A DNA stretch of 60,544 nucleotides, filler included. It is 4 parts of 4 records of this genome, joined end to end, with 100 filler letters (N's around TTAATTAATTAA, not from the genome) between each part and the next. Parts side by side here need not be neighbours in the genome. Positions count along the whole stretch, not along the records: positions 19,567 to 43,380 come from DRR723986_9122; 3 more parts are not named here. One strand, written 5' to 3'. Shown piece after piece: positions 28,695 through 40,003 of the stretch. Position 1 is the first letter of the stretch, and every line of letters starts with the position of its first letter. The translations under genes and the position numbers were made by a program. The notes beneath the pieces were generated by a model. The model saw only the letters and a list, made by a program, of their open reading frames with translations. It did no database searches and was not told the DNA's origin.

Positions 28695-29161
28695 AGGGCC
28701 CGCGCAGCCTCAAGAACGGCATCCGCATGCCCTGGAACTTTCACCTTGCGCCAGATCTCGGCGATCTTGCCGTCTGCACCGACGAGAAAGGTGGTGCGTT
28801 CCACACCCATGTATTTCTTGCCGTACATGGATTTTTCCACCCAGACCCCGTAGGCCTCCGCGACTTCCTTTTCCGTATCCGCCCCCAGCCTGATCGCCAG
28901 ATTGTGCTTGGCGATGAACTTGTCGTGTTTGGCGGCTGTGTCAGGCGAGAGCCCGATAATGGTAACGCCAAGTTTGGCAAATGCATCGGACTGTTCAGTG
29001 AAGGCAATAGCCTCCTTTGTGCAGCCCGGTGTGTCATCCTTGGGATAAAAATACACTACGACGGGTTTTCCTTTGAGGGCGCTCAGCGACACCTTGTTGC
29101 CGCCATCACCTTCCAGTTCGAAATCCGGTGCGACATCCCCGACGGCCAATTCGCTCATCAT
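28691..29161 (-). CDS. bcp: Thioredoxin-dependent thiol peroxidase BCP
   Basis: YFYPKDDTPGCTKEA, KSMYGKKYMGVERTTF. Confidence 0.95.
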   Translation of the reverse strand: MMSELAVGDVAPDFELEGDGGNKVSLSALKGKPVVVYFYPKDDTPGCTKEAIAFTEQSDAFAKLGVTIIGLSPDTAAKHDKFIAKHNLAIRLGADTEKEVAEAYGVWVEKSMYGKKYMGVERTTFLVGADGKIAEIWRKVKVPGHADAVLEAARAL

Positions 29162-29358
29162 GCCTTCCTTCTGTCAAAGTTTGTGCGTTAATGCCGGTTT
29201 CCGGCTGCGTCTACAATGGCTGCGGTCGCTTTTAGCAAAGCTTTCGCAGTATCATCAATCGCTCAGCGACTCGTCCGGAGCTGCAGTGAGGTAACCCGGC
29301 GCTTTGCTCCGAACCCGAACCCAAGCGCCTGTCTTACGCATGCAGGCGAAAGATTGGA

Positions 29359-32300
29359 TTGACGTATTTGCCTAAAACCGGCGGATCTCAGGACACGGCC
29401 AAAGTGACGCCGAAAAAACGCAAGCGCTTGCGCTACGTCGTCGCCGCCGTTCTGGTTGGTCTTGTTGCCGGCATCGCCATTCTGTTTGCAACTGGGCCGG
29501 TGCACATTCCGCTTCTAGGCAGCCTGCTGGCCTATCAAGGCACCCGAGGGCAGGTCGAACTTTCCATTGGCAGCGCAAGTGTCGATTTTACTGCGCCGGA
29601 CGGCATCAATATCCTGATTTCGGATGCCAGGGCGGAGATCGCCGGTGGGTCACCTGTAAGCATCAGTCTTCCTGAACTGACTGCGCCGCTGAACAGGGAT
29701 GCACTGCTCTCCGGCAAGCTCCATTTTTCGTCTCTAATCCTGACAAGACCTCATGTGCGGATTGTCCTGGCGGGCGGGCCGGCGAAGTTTCCGGAAATGG
29801 GGCCGCTCATGGAAGCCGTCGACAGGGTCAGCGATGTAGTGGACGACCAGTTTGCCCGCCGAGGCCTCAGCTTCGTCAAGATCCGTGACGCTTCTTTCGA
29901 GTTGGCCGGTTCCATCCCCAGACGATACCGAGGCATTGACGCAGACATCCTGCGTGACGACAACCGCTCGATACGGGCCTTCGCGCGAGTTGCCGGCAAT
30001 ATCTCCACCTGGAGACTGGAGCTTGCGCGCAACGCCCCGCCGGGTGCGAATGCCAAGAGCATCGGGGTCGTGGTCAACGGAATCACCCTTGCCGAACTGC
30101 TGGGACCAAACGCAAAATCGGTGCAGGGCAAGGGGCTGGGACTTCCGGCCTCCGCCAAAATCGAGAGCCGACTGACAGGCGATGGCAAGTTCGTCTCCGC
30201 CAATGCGGTTGCGCGTGTGCGCAACGGCTGGTTCCAGCTTGGCAAGACACTGGTCGCATTTGACGATGCAGCACTGTCCCTGTTGTTCGAGGCGGGACAA
30301 GACGCAATTGAAATTACCAGTTCGCACGTCATTCGCGGCAATTCACGCATCTTCTTCACGGGGTCTGTTTCGCCGGTTGCTGGTGATAGTCCGGAGTGGC
30401 AGATCAATCTGGATTCGGAATATCCGCAGTTCGGTTCAGCCGATGTTCCCGAAGAGCCGCATATGCTGGACGGCGTCCAGATTCGTGCGCGTTTCGATCC
30501 GCTTGAAAAATTGCTCTCCGTCGACCGCTTCACGGCTCGCTCGGGCAAGGCCGTCGTGCATGGTGTCGCCTCGCTGCAGATTACACCGGAAGGACCTTAT
30601 CTGGCGCTGGCCGCTGATGGGGAGTTGATACCGGTTGCAGTGGCAAAGCAGCTCTGGCCGATCACGCTTGTGCCGCCGGCGCGCCGCTGGATCATCGAGC
30701 GCCTGAAAGGCGGCTTGATCGAGACCGTTTCCTATACGGGCGCGCTCCGCCCGCCGGCATTTGATCCGCGGGATCCGGACCCGGGCTGGGCGGGGGACGA
30801 CATGCGCCTGGACATGACGTTTTCCGATGGCGCAGTGACGCCTGTTGGTGATGTTCCGCAGATTGATGGCCTCGACGGTACGCTCACAATTGAAAACGAG
30901 ACACTGACCGTGACCGCGACAGGCGGAACGGCGACGGCCGCAAATGGTGGCGAGGTTACCCTGCCGGATGGTGTCTTCGCGATCCAGAACCTGCCTTTGC
31001 GGGACGGCAAGATGGCAAGCGTGAAGACCCGCATGGAGGGATCGGCGAGCGACCTTGGTGCGATGGTCAACAGTGCGCCTTTCCGCGTGCTGGACCGGGC
31101 TGATCTCAAGAATGATGGCGTCGAAGGGGCGGGAGAACTTGAAATCACTGCTTCGTTTCCCTTGGGCAATGAAATCGATCTTGCCGATATCGACTGGCAG
31201 GCGACAGGCCGTCTGACGAATTTCTCGGACAGCAATCCGATCATGGGGCACACGGTGCGCAAGTCGGATGTTGCGCTGGAGGCCAACAAGGATCAGGTCG
31301 CGATTACCGGCAAGGGGATACTCGACGGATTGCAGGCCGATATCGACCTTGTGGTGCCCTTGGGCGAATCCGGTGTTGCGGCACGACAGGATGTTGTTGT
31401 TGCGCTCAACGCGAAGCAGTTGAAAGAGAAGGGGGTGGATCTGACCGCCTTTCTCCAAGGCAACATGACGTTGAGCGTTGCAAAGGTCAGCGACGGACAG
31501 GAATTCGTCATCGACCTGAAACAGACGGATGTCCGGCTGCAGGCGCTCGGCTGGCAAAAAGCCAAGGGTGTTCCCGCAACGGCGTCTTTCAAGCTGGTTG
31601 AGACGGACACACAGCGCCGTGTGAAGGACTTCAAGCTGGTATCAGAGGGCGTCGATGTTGCCGGTTCGATGCAACTGTCGATGGCCGGCGATCTTGTCAG
31701 CGCATCGTTCAATACATTCAAGCTGCGTCCGGGCGACAATGTCGAAGTCGATATCCAGAAGGCGACGGACGGACGCTACGACATCATCTTCGCCGGATCT
31801 TCCTTTGACGGGCGCGGCCTGATCAAGAGCATGCGGAGCCCCGGCGGCAGCAAGGGAGCGGGTGATTTTTCGGGCGGTGCAAGAATTGCCGCCAATATTG
31901 ACCGTGTCACCGGGTTCAATAATCAGGCGATCGAGAAATTCTCGGGCAAGATCGATACCGGTGCCAAGGGACTGGTCTCTGCGGACTTGAAGGGACTTGT
32001 GAACGGCCGTGCGAATTTCGAATTCACGGTGACGGACCAGGGCGGCACGCAGGCGGCAATTGGCCGTTTTGCAAACACAGGCGCAACACTGCGTTTCCTT
32101 GACCTCTACAAGCGTATGCGCGGTGGAACCGGGGTCCTGAATGTGGCGATGGCCGACGAGAACAGCTGGGTCGGCGATTTCAACGTGCGCTCACTGCGGA
32201 TCACGGAAGATCCGGCCATTCAGCGTATTCGCGAGCAGAACCGCTCTAATCGCATCCCGGACGGGCGTGCGATCAATACCAACGAAGCTGCGGACACCGC

Positions 32301-32649
32301 CAGTTTCGAAACGCTGGATATCAATTTCTCACGGGAAGGCGAATTGCTGACCATCAGTCGCGGAGCTCTCCAGGGCAATGCACTGGGAGGAACTGTCAGC
32401 GGCTCGGTGGATCTGTCGCAGCAGACGCTCAACCTTACCGGTACCTTCGTGCCGATCTACGCTCTCAACAATTTTTTCGCCAAGATCCCGCTGCTGGGCT
32501 TTGCGCTCGGTGGCAATTCCGGAGAAGGCCTGATCGGTGTGACCTATCGCTTGTCTGGTTCGGTGTCCGACCCGGTGCTCTCGGTCAACCCGATTTCGGC
32601 GATAGCACCGGGCATTTTCCGCAAGATGTTCGAGTTTCAGGCGAACTGA
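29359..32649 (+). CDS. AsmA-like / YhdP-type envelope protein (DUF3971 + AsmA_2 C-terminus)
   Basis: N-terminal TM, beta-rich 1096-aa body, C-terminal GTFVPIYALNN...VNPISAIAPGIFRKMFEF. Confidence 0.85.
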   Translation: MTYLPKTGGSQDTAKVTPKKRKRLRYVVAAVLVGLVAGIAILFATGPVHIPLLGSLLAYQGTRGQVELSIGSASVDFTAPDGINILISDARAEIAGGSPVSISLPELTAPLNRDALLSGKLHFSSLILTRPHVRIVLAGGPAKFPEMGPLMEAVDRVSDVVDDQFARRGLSFVKIRDASFELAGSIPRRYRGIDADILRDDNRSIRAFARVAGNISTWRLELARNAPPGANAKSIGVVVNGITLAELLGPNAKSVQGKGLGLPASAKIESRLTGDGKFVSANAVARVRNGWFQLGKTLVAFDDAALSLLFEAGQDAIEITSSHVIRGNSRIFFTGSVSPVAGDSPEWQINLDSEYPQFGSADVPEEPHMLDGVQIRARFDPLEKLLSVDRFTARSGKAVVHGVASLQITPEGPYLALAADGELIPVAVAKQLWPITLVPPARRWIIERLKGGLIETVSYTGALRPPAFDPRDPDPGWAGDDMRLDMTFSDGAVTPVGDVPQIDGLDGTLTIENETLTVTATGGTATAANGGEVTLPDGVFAIQNLPLRDGKMASVKTRMEGSASDLGAMVNSAPFRVLDRADLKNDGVEGAGELEITASFPLGNEIDLADIDWQATGRLTNFSDSNPIMGHTVRKSDVALEANKDQVAITGKGILDGLQADIDLVVPLGESGVAARQDVVVALNAKQLKEKGVDLTAFLQGNMTLSVAKVSDGQEFVIDLKQTDVRLQALGWQKAKGVPATASFKLVETDTQRRVKDFKLVSEGVDVAGSMQLSMAGDLVSASFNTFKLRPGDNVEVDIQKATDGRYDIIFAGSSFDGRGLIKSMRSPGGSKGAGDFSGGARIAANIDRVTGFNNQAIEKFSGKIDTGAKGLVSADLKGLVNGRANFEFTVTDQGGTQAAIGRFANTGATLRFLDLYKRMRGGTGVLNVAMADENSWVGDFNVRSLRITEDPAIQRIREQNRSNRIPDGRAINTNEAADTASFETLDINFSREGELLTISRGALQGNALGGTVSGSVDLSQQTLNLTGTFVPIYALNNFFAKIPLLGFALGGNSGEGLIGVTYRLSGSVSDPVLSVNPISAIAPGIFRKMFEFQAN

Positions 32650-32723
32650 GCAATTGCACTAGCCGATGTCCGGCGCACCAGTCTGCCACCGTAGGCCTTT
32701 GTTCCTGTTTCTCTTATTGCCGA

Positions 32724-32756
32724 ACAAAAAAGCCGGGCGGTGCCCGGCTTTTTTGT
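32724..32756. terminator. Bidirectional intrinsic terminator
   Basis: ACAAAAAAGCCGGGC-GGT-GCCCGGCTTTTTTGT between convergent genes. Confidence 0.9.
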
Positions 32757-32776
32757 CAGTTCTGGAGTGCTTCAGC

Positions 32777-34030
32777 TCAGACCGGCTTTAGGAGCACGTG
32801 CTTTTTCTTGCCGAGCGACAGTTTGACGATGCCGTCATCGGTCAGATCAGCAAGCGTGATCTGGCGCTTGTCGTCCTGCTCGCCCTTGTCGTTGATCTTG
32901 ACCGCGCCACCCTTGATGTTGCGGCGGACGTCTCCATTCGAGGCGCACAGGCCTGCGTTCACGAATGCGGAAAGCACACCGATACCGGCTTCCAGTTCGG
33001 CCTTGGCAATTTCCACCGTCGGCAGGCCTTCGGCGGATTGGCCTTCTTCAAATGCCTTGCGGGCCGTCTCGGCAGCAGCTTCAGCGTTTTCCCGACCATG
33101 GATCAGGGCAGTCGCTTCCGTTGCCAGTATCTTCTTGGCCTCGTTGATCTCCGAGCCTTGCAGTGCCGCAAGACGGGCGATTTCTTCCATTGGAAGAACT
33201 GTGAAGAGCTTCATGAAACGCTCCACGTCGGCGTCTTCCGTGTTGCGCCAGTACTGCCAATAGTCGTAGGCGGAAAGCTGCTCTTCGTTGAGCCACACAG
33301 CGCCGGCGGCAGTCTTGCCCATCTTTGCACCCGACGACGTTGTCAGAAGCGGAGAGGTGAGGGCAAAGGCTTCGACTTCTGCCAGACGGCGAACGAGATC
33401 TGTGCCGGACAGGATGTTGCCCCACTGGTCGGAGCCGCCCATCTGTAGCCGGCAACCGGTGCGACGGTAAATCTCCAGATAGTCGTAGCCCTGCAGGAGC
33501 ATGTAGTTGAATTCGAGGAAGGACAGATGCTGTTCGCGTTCCAGACGCAGGCGCACGCTGTCGCGCTGGATCATCTGGTTGACCGAGAAATGCCGGCCGA
33601 TGTCGCGAAGGAAGTCAACGTAATTGAGCTTCAGAAGCCAGTCCGCATTGTCCAGCATGATGGCGTCTGTCGGGCCGTCACCGAAGGTGAGAAGTTTCTC
33701 GAAGACCTTGCGGATGCCGGCCTTGTTATCCTCGATCAGCTCTTCGGTGAGCATCTTGCGGGATTCGTCCTTGCCGGACGGATCACCGACGCGCGTGGTG
33801 CCGCCGCCCATGAGGGCAATCGGCCGGTGGCCGGTTTTCTGAAACCAGTGCAGCATCATGATCGGCACGAGAGACCCGGCATGAAGGCTCGGTGCGGTGC
33901 AATCGAAACCAATATAGGCCGTTACGGTTTCTTTCGCGCAAAGCTCGTCCAGGCCCTTCGGGTCCGAGATCTGATGAATGAAACCGCGTTCTGAAAGAAC
34001 GTTTAGAAAGTCCGATTTGAACTCGCTCAT
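32777..34030 (-). CDS. tyrS: Tyrosine--tRNA ligase
   Basis: [30 protein letters not shown]-terminal S4-like domain. Confidence 0.98.
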   Translation of the reverse strand: MSEFKSDFLNVLSERGFIHQISDPKGLDELCAKETVTAYIGFDCTAPSLHAGSLVPIMMLHWFQKTGHRPIALMGGGTTRVGDPSGKDESRKMLTEELIEDNKAGIRKVFEKLLTFGDGPTDAIMLDNADWLLKLNYVDFLRDIGRHFSVNQMIQRDSVRLRLEREQHLSFLEFNYMLLQGYDYLEIYRRTGCRLQMGGSDQWGNILSGTDLVRRLAEVEAFALTSPLLTTSSGAKMGKTAAGAVWLNEEQLSAYDYWQYWRNTEDADVERFMKLFTVLPMEEIARLAALQGSEINEAKKILATEATALIHGRENAEAAAETARKAFEEGQSAEGLPTVEIAKAELEAGIGVLSAFVNAGLCASNGDVRRNIKGGAVKINDKGEQDDKRQITLADLTDDGIVKLSLGKKKHVLLKPV

Positions 34031-34153
34031 AGTCGCCTGTCCGTCCGTCTTGTGTGCCTGCCGGCATTCCTGCGGTCGTGCTCTAGCGCGTGCCGCAGGA
34101 CTTGTAAATTGCGCCTGCCGGAAAATCAGGACGCTGCAGCGCTCTGCCGCTGG

Positions 34154-34372
34154 TTAGTTGCCGACCTGGCCGTTGGCGCGCACCTTCACACAGACGAATT
34201 TCAATTCGCCCCCCTCCCAGGCAAGGCGCATGCCTTCCGAGAGTGTCCGCGGAACGGCTTCGCTCAATGCAGCCTGACATTCCGCTTCATCCTGAAAAGT
34301 GCCTTCATCGGCGACCGGCCAGACATTGGGACCGCTCAAAAGCTGAATGGATACGGCCATAATCACCCACAT
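34154..34372 (-). CDS. Small hypothetical protein (72 aa, two Cys)
   Basis: AGGAG RBS upstream; fills the gap upstream of tyrS. Confidence 0.6.
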   Translation of the reverse strand: MWVIMAVSIQLLSGPNVWPVADEGTFQDEAECQAALSEAVPRTLSEGMRLAWEGGELKFVCVKVRANGQVGN

Positions 34373-34555
34373 GGATAACTCCTACTTTCTTGTGAGACCC
34401 CTGGTCCCGAACGTTTTCCCAACACGCCCCGTCACACACACTGGCGAAAGTGACGCAGCGTGATCACTGTCACAGCCAACATCGCAGGCGGCGCCTACAT
34501 TCAATTCATCAGCAGCGCAACGAAAGCCGCTGTTCAACAATTGAAAGGAGCCGTC

Positions 34556-34828
34556 ATGTTTCGCAAGTTTGCAATAGCCGCCGTCGCAGTCGCCACCATG
34601 GCAACCGCTGCCGTCACCATTACCCCGAACGAAGCTCATGCCAAGAACCGTCATGGTGGCGCGATTGCTGCAGGTGCCATCATCGGCCTTGCTGCCGGCG
34701 CTATCATCGCCTCCCAGGCTCAGCCGCGCTACTACCAGCCGGTCCGTTGCCAGAACCGGCCCGTGACCCGGTGGAGCCCTTACCATGGTCGGTATATCGT
34801 CGTCGGATACCAGCGCGTCTGTTACTGA
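34556..34828 (+). CDS. Small secreted Gly/Ala-rich hypothetical protein (90 aa)
   Basis: AAAGGAG RBS; signal peptide ending AHA; GAIAAGAIIGLAAGA segment; own terminator. Confidence 0.8.
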   Translation: MFRKFAIAAVAVATMATAAVTITPNEAHAKNRHGGAIAAGAIIGLAAGAIIASQAQPRYYQPVRCQNRPVTRWSPYHGRYIVVGYQRVCY

Positions 34829-34852
34829 TCTCATCCACAGCACAAGCGAATG

Positions 34853-34873
34853 GCCTCCTTCGGGAGGCTTTTT
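34853..34873 (+). terminator. Intrinsic terminator
   Basis: GCCTCC-TTCG-GGAGGC-TTTTT. Confidence 0.85.
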
Positions 34874-34938
34874 CGTCTTGAGATTTGGTTGAACCTCCTT
34901 TTCAACACGGGACAGTGAAATTATTCGTCCGGTGTTCC

Positions 34939-35985
34939 ATGTCTTCCTTTCCCTCGCTCTCTCCCACTCGCGTTCATGGCCTCATATGCGGCACTCTGGA
35001 ACCCGGCCCCCTGAATACCCTTGCGGACATCGATGGTATTGCGGTTGGGCACAGAACCGTGTGCGAGGGCGACCTCAGAACCGGTTTCACGGCAATCGTG
35101 CCGCACCCGGGCAATCTCTTTCGCGAGAAACTTCCTGCCGCCGTCGAGGTGATCAACGGCTTCGGAAAGAGTGCTGGTTTGATACAGGTCGATGAACTCG
35201 GGACGCTGGAAACGCCGATCCTTCTGACCAACACCTTTGGCGTTGGAACCGGTGTGAACGCGCTCATCCGCAGGGCAATTGCCGAAAATCCTGAAATAGG
35301 CCGTTCCACAGGCACCATCAATCCTGTGGTGATGGAGTGCAATGACGGCTACCTGAGCGATATTCAGGCAATGGCCTTGAGCGAAGCCGATGCCGAAGCG
35401 GCTCTGAAGGCTGCAGGTTCGACGGTGGAGCAGGGCAGTGTCGGGGCAGGGACGGGCATGAGCGCGTTCGGCTTCAAAGGCGGTATCGGTTCGGCCTCGC
35501 GCGTCTTTGAACTTGGAGGCCGTCAGCACAGACTTGCCGCCCTGGTGCTTGCCAATTTCGGTCGCCCCGGAGACCTTGTCCTGCCGGATGGACGCAGACC
35601 GCATCCCAAGGAGGCGCGCCATAGCGAAGAACGCGGTTCCGTCATCGTTGTTCTGGCGACTGATGTGCCTCTTGAAAGCCGGCAACTGAAACGCATTGCC
35701 CGCAGAGCCGGGGCGGGTTTGGCGCGGCTGGGTGCCTACTACGGCAATGGAAGCGGCGATATCGCACTTGCCTTTTCAACTGCCTGCAAGTTTGCCCATT
35801 TCGAGGAAGGCGATTTCATCGTTCGCGATATTCTCAAGGAAGACAAGATCGATGTCCTGTTTCAGGCAGCAGCTGAAACGACGCAGGAGGGTGTACTCAA
35901 TGCGATGATCGCGTCTCCCGCCATGCGTGGGCGGCGGCGTGGCAAACGGCCGTCTCTTGCCGATTGGCTTGACGGGCACGCCTAG
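34939..35985 (+). CDS. dmpA: DmpA / P1-family (S58) aminopeptidase
   Basis: NGFGKSAG, ECNDG, GSVGAGTGM, GNGSGDIALAFST autocleavage motif. Confidence 0.9.
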   Translation: MSSFPSLSPTRVHGLICGTLEPGPLNTLADIDGIAVGHRTVCEGDLRTGFTAIVPHPGNLFREKLPAAVEVINGFGKSAGLIQVDELGTLETPILLTNTFGVGTGVNALIRRAIAENPEIGRSTGTINPVVMECNDGYLSDIQAMALSEADAEAALKAAGSTVEQGSVGAGTGMSAFGFKGGIGSASRVFELGGRQHRLAALVLANFGRPGDLVLPDGRRPHPKEARHSEERGSVIVVLATDVPLESRQLKRIARRAGAGLARLGAYYGNGSGDIALAFSTACKFAHFEEGDFIVRDILKEDKIDVLFQAAAETTQEGVLNAMIASPAMRGRRRGKRPSLADWLDGHA

Positions 35986-36101
35986 GTCACTCGCGATTTT
36001 CTCGTGGGGCTTGTCAGGCTGGCCAAGGCTGCTTGTGGAATTGGCGGTGGTAACCAACTCACTTTTGCGCTGAGACATGGAAAGCGGGTTGCTCGGAAAA
36101 C

Positions 36102-36130
36102 AAAAAGGCCGGGCAAATGCCCGGCCTTTT
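36102..36130 (-). terminator. Terminator of glnA (bidirectional)
   Basis: AAAAAGGCCGGGC-AAAT-GCCCGGCCTTTT. Confidence 0.88.
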
Positions 36131-36152
36131 CGCTTGTTTGAACCCGAAGGGA

Positions 36153-37562
36153 TCAGACAGAGTAGTACATGTCGAATTCGACCGGGTGCGGGGTCATTTC
36201 GAAACGCTCGACTTCTTCCATCTTCAGTTCGATGTAAGCGTCGATCTGGTCGTCGTCGAACACGCCGCCGGCTTTCAGGAACTCACGGTCTGCATCGACT
36301 GCTTCCAGTGCTTCGCGCAGGGAGCCGCAAACGGTCGGGATTTCTGCAAGCTCTTCGGCCGGAAGGTCGTAGAGGTTCTTGTCCATCGCGTCGCCCGGGT
36401 GGATCTTGTTCTTGATCCCGTCGAGGCCGGCCATCAGCAGGGCGGAGAAGCAGAGGTACGGGTTCGCGGACGGATCCGGGAAGCGAACTTCAACGCGCTT
36501 AGCCTTCGGAGAGGCGGTGAACGGAATACGGCAAGAAGCCGAACGGTTACGCGAGGAATAGGCCAGCAGAACCGGTGCTTCGTAGCCCGGGACCAGACGC
36601 TTGTAGGAGTTGGTCGACGGGTTGGTGAAGGCGTTCAGGGCCTTGGCGTGCTTCAGGATACCACCGATGAAGTACAGGCAGCTTTCCGAAAGGTCGGCAT
36701 ACTGGTTGCCGGCAAAGGTCGGCTCGCCGTTGTTCCAGATGGACAGGTGGCAGTGCATGCCGGTGCCGTTGTCACCGAATACCGGCTTCGGCATGAAGGT
36801 GGACGTCTTGCCGTAGGCATGTGCGACCTGGTGGACGACATACTTGTACTTCTGCATGTTGTCGGCGCAACGGGTCAGGTGATCGAACTTCATGCCGAGT
36901 TCGTGCTGTGCAGCCGCCACTTCGTGGTGATGCTTTTCTGTCGGAACGCCCATTTCGGCCATGACGGACAGCATTTCGGAACGGATGTCCTGTGCGCTGT
37001 CGATCGGCGGAACCGGGAAGTAGCCGCCCTTCGTGCGCGGACGGTGGCCCAGGTTGCCGGTTTCGTACTCGGAACCCATGTTGGACGGCAGCTCGGAGCT
37101 GTCGAGCAGGAAGCCGGTGTTGTACGGGTCGGCAGTGAAGCGGACGTCGTCGAACATGAAGAATTCAGCTTCCGGGCCGACGAAAATGGTATCGCCGAAG
37201 CCGCCGGACTTCACGTAGGCTTCTGCCTTCTTCGCGGTCATGCGCGGATCGCGGTTGTAGCCTTCACCGGTGACCGGGTCGACGATGTCGCAGAAGATCG
37301 CCATGGTGGACTGTGCGAAGAACGGGTCGATGTGTGCGGATTCCGGATCCAGGATCAGCATCATGTCGGACTCGTTGATGGCCTTCCAGCCAGCGATTGA
37401 CGAACCGTCGAAAGCGACGCCTTCAGCGAACATGTCTTCGTCAACGAGTACTACGTCCATGGTGACGTGCTGCATTTTACCCTTAGGATCGGTAAAGCGC
37501 AGGTCGACGAATTTCACGTCTTTTTCCTGAATCTCCTTAAGGATTTCAGCGGCAGTGGTCAT
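36153..37562 (-). CDS. glnA: Glutamine synthetase type I
   Basis: [29 protein letters not shown] adenylylation site; start may be 37571. Confidence 0.98.
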   Translation of the reverse strand: MTTAAEILKEIQEKDVKFVDLRFTDPKGKMQHVTMDVVLVDEDMFAEGVAFDGSSIAGWKAINESDMMLILDPESAHIDPFFAQSTMAIFCDIVDPVTGEGYNRDPRMTAKKAEAYVKSGGFGDTIFVGPEAEFFMFDDVRFTADPYNTGFLLDSSELPSNMGSEYETGNLGHRPRTKGGYFPVPPIDSAQDIRSEMLSVMAEMGVPTEKHHHEVAAAQHELGMKFDHLTRCADNMQKYKYVVHQVAHAYGKTSTFMPKPVFGDNGTGMHCHLSIWNNGEPTFAGNQYADLSESCLYFIGGILKHAKALNAFTNPSTNSYKRLVPGYEAPVLLAYSSRNRSASCRIPFTASPKAKRVEVRFPDPSANPYLCFSALLMAGLDGIKNKIHPGDAMDKNLYDLPAEELAEIPTVCGSLREALEAVDADREFLKAGGVFDDDQIDAYIELKMEEVERFEMTPHPVEFDMYYSV

Positions 37563-37689
37563 AATGTCCATCCCTTTAGTTTTTCATGTGAACGGTTGGG
37601 TACTGTTCCGGCCCGGCAGAGTGTCTTAAATTTGGCTCCGTTGCGTGGGACCGGAATTCGGATTGCCGGCGAATGCCGGAATGGGTGGG

Positions 37690-38223
<534 letters not shown>

Positions 38224-38263
38224 TCAGTTGGGTGGTGGTCAGTCGCCTATCTTATTTGTCATA

Positions 38264-38300
38264 TGATCACAAAATAAGCAAAGAGCCTAAAAAATAGGCT
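38264..38300. promoter_or_regulatory. Putative NtrC upstream activator sites
   Basis: Two 17-mers, TGATCACAAAATAAGCA and palindromic AGCCTA-AAAAA-TAGGCT, 110-145 nt upstream of the sigma54 site. Confidence 0.55.
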
Positions 38301-38441
38301 GAATATTAGCAATCGGATGAGATTGCCCTGCTCAGTGGTTACATGATTTTGCACAATCTCAAGTCAATCGACAGTTCCAGCCAGCGCTGCCGGGTGCATT
38401 GCTCCGATGTATGGGCAGTTTCCGACTGATTTCCGGAATGA

Positions 38442-38466
38442 GGAACCATCCCCACCCTTACGCGTT
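38442..38466 (+). promoter_or_regulatory. SigmaEcfG (general stress response) promoter
   Basis: GGAAC-N16-CGTT, 29 nt upstream of the DUF1328 ATG. Confidence 0.8.
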
Positions 38467-38494
38467 GCAGAAGAACTGGAATATGGAGACGGCT

Positions 38495-38656
38495 ATGCTT
38501 TTTTACGCTTTGGCTGTGGTGGCCATTGCTCTCGTTGCAGGTTTGTTCGGATTTTTTGGAATGGCGGGCGTGTCGGCTTCGATTGCTCAAATCTTGATCG
38601 GGCTGTTCCTTGCAGTTTTTGTGCTTTCCCTGATTGCGGGCATGCTACGAAGGTAG
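38495..38656 (+). CDS. DUF1328 (UPF0391) small membrane protein
   Basis: IALVAGLFGFFGMAGVSASIAQIL pattern; GGAG RBS. Confidence 0.88.
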   Translation: MLFYALAVVAIALVAGLFGFFGMAGVSASIAQILIGLFLAVFVLSLIAGMLRR

Positions 38657-38695
38657 TCACGAATATCCTGGACCCACGAAACGCCATCGGGGTTC

Positions 38696-39772
38696 GTGTC
38701 TTTTGAGCTTTATGTGAGGTTATCCGTGCGCAGGCTCACATGGCATAACGCCAGCCAGTCTGATGAGCAGCTTCGAGAATATCTCATTCTCGCATTGCTT
38801 CGTTCGCGTGCCTGCGTCACCTTGCAGGACGACGCGCTGCAATACCTTTATATCGCGAACCTGCCTCACATATGGTCGGTGCCTGAGGGAGAGACCCCGA
38901 AGGACGAAACGGTCTTCGGTCATTCCGTGGGCAGGCAGCTCGACGACGCCAAGAAGGTAGTGCTGGAGACGGGGCGGTCGGAAAAGCTCGAGGTGATGGC
39001 TGAAGGTGGCCACGTTTTCGAGATCCACATCGAAACGATTTCCGGTGTTGGAGGCATCATCCAGGTGCTGACAACCATTGTCGATGTTACGGAAAGCCGC
39101 CGAAGAGAGCAGGCGCTCAAGGATTTGCTGCTGGAAGTCAGTCACAGATCGAAGAACCTTTTGGCTGTCATCCAGAGCTTGGCAGGCCAGTCCGCTCGCT
39201 ACGCCGGGTCTCTCGAGCAGTTTCTTGCCGAGTTTCAGGGGCGGATCTTTTCCCTTTCAAATTCACAGGATCTTGTGACGGAAGCTGACTGGTTCGGTGT
39301 TCGCCTGTTCGATCTTGCCCGAGCTCAACGCGCGCTGTTTGATTCAAAGCGGGTCATTCCCATCTCCATGACGGGCGAAAACCCTTTGCTGACCCCCAAT
39401 GCTGCGCTTTACATCGGCCTTGGCTTGCATGAATTGATCGCCGCAACACTGGACGTCGGCTGGGCTTCGGCTGACCAGGGAATATTGCTCACCTGCAAAA
39501 CGGTGATGAGGCAGGGCCGGTTGTGCCTCGTTCTCAACTGGAATGCAGGAGAGAGGGGCAGGGTAGACACCAAAAAGGCGCTTGCCGCTGGTGAAGCAGA
39601 TGGTGACAGAACCGCATTTTCCGCCTTGCTGCTCGAAACAGTGCTGCCGCAATCCCTGAGCGGGTCTGCCGAATTGAGCATCTCCCCTGACGGAATAGAT
39701 TACAGCATGGTGTTTCCGAAGACTGAGTACAACGTTCGGCAGGAGATGGGTGAAGACCTGCTTCGGGCTTGA
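38696..39772 (+). CDS. PAS + HWE-family histidine kinase-like protein with degenerate ATP-binding domain
   Basis: EVSHRSKNLLAVIQS H-box; LHEL present but NAxKY and GFG absent; start uncertain. Confidence 0.8.
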   Translation: MSFELYVRLSVRRLTWHNASQSDEQLREYLILALLRSRACVTLQDDALQYLYIANLPHIWSVPEGETPKDETVFGHSVGRQLDDAKKVVLETGRSEKLEVMAEGGHVFEIHIETISGVGGIIQVLTTIVDVTESRRREQALKDLLLEVSHRSKNLLAVIQSLAGQSARYAGSLEQFLAEFQGRIFSLSNSQDLVTEADWFGVRLFDLARAQRALFDSKRVIPISMTGENPLLTPNAALYIGLGLHELIAATLDVGWASADQGILLTCKTVMRQGRLCLVLNWNAGERGRVDTKKALAAGEADGDRTAFSALLLETVLPQSLSGSAELSISPDGIDYSMVFPKTEYNVRQEMGEDLLRA

Positions 39773-40003
39773 ATTCTGCGTTCAAATTCTTCACTGCTCG
39801 CAGTAACTCATTCGGTTGGTCGATTGTTGCAGGGGCTTCTCGGAATGGTTGTTTTAGAATACTTTAATGAATATTGAAATTAACAAATGTTATGATGATA
39901 TTTTGAAATTTGTTGTTGGTTCTACAAGTGATTTTTGTTGCTTGCATCGTGAAAACTTCCTAATTCTGTTGTCTCCATACCTTCTTCCCGGATCAGGCCC
40001 GCG

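Noticed and set aside
36117..37400. Long antisense ORFs (e.g. 427 aa opposite glnA, 373 aa opposite the AsmA gene, 354 aa opposite the adaptor gene)
   Set aside because: Shadow ORFs expected from high-GC codon bias; no motifs or RBS support.
39860..39900. TTAA-N7-TGAA CtrA-like site upstream of the CHASE kinase
   Set aside because: Imperfect match in AT-rich DNA, where such matches arise by chance.
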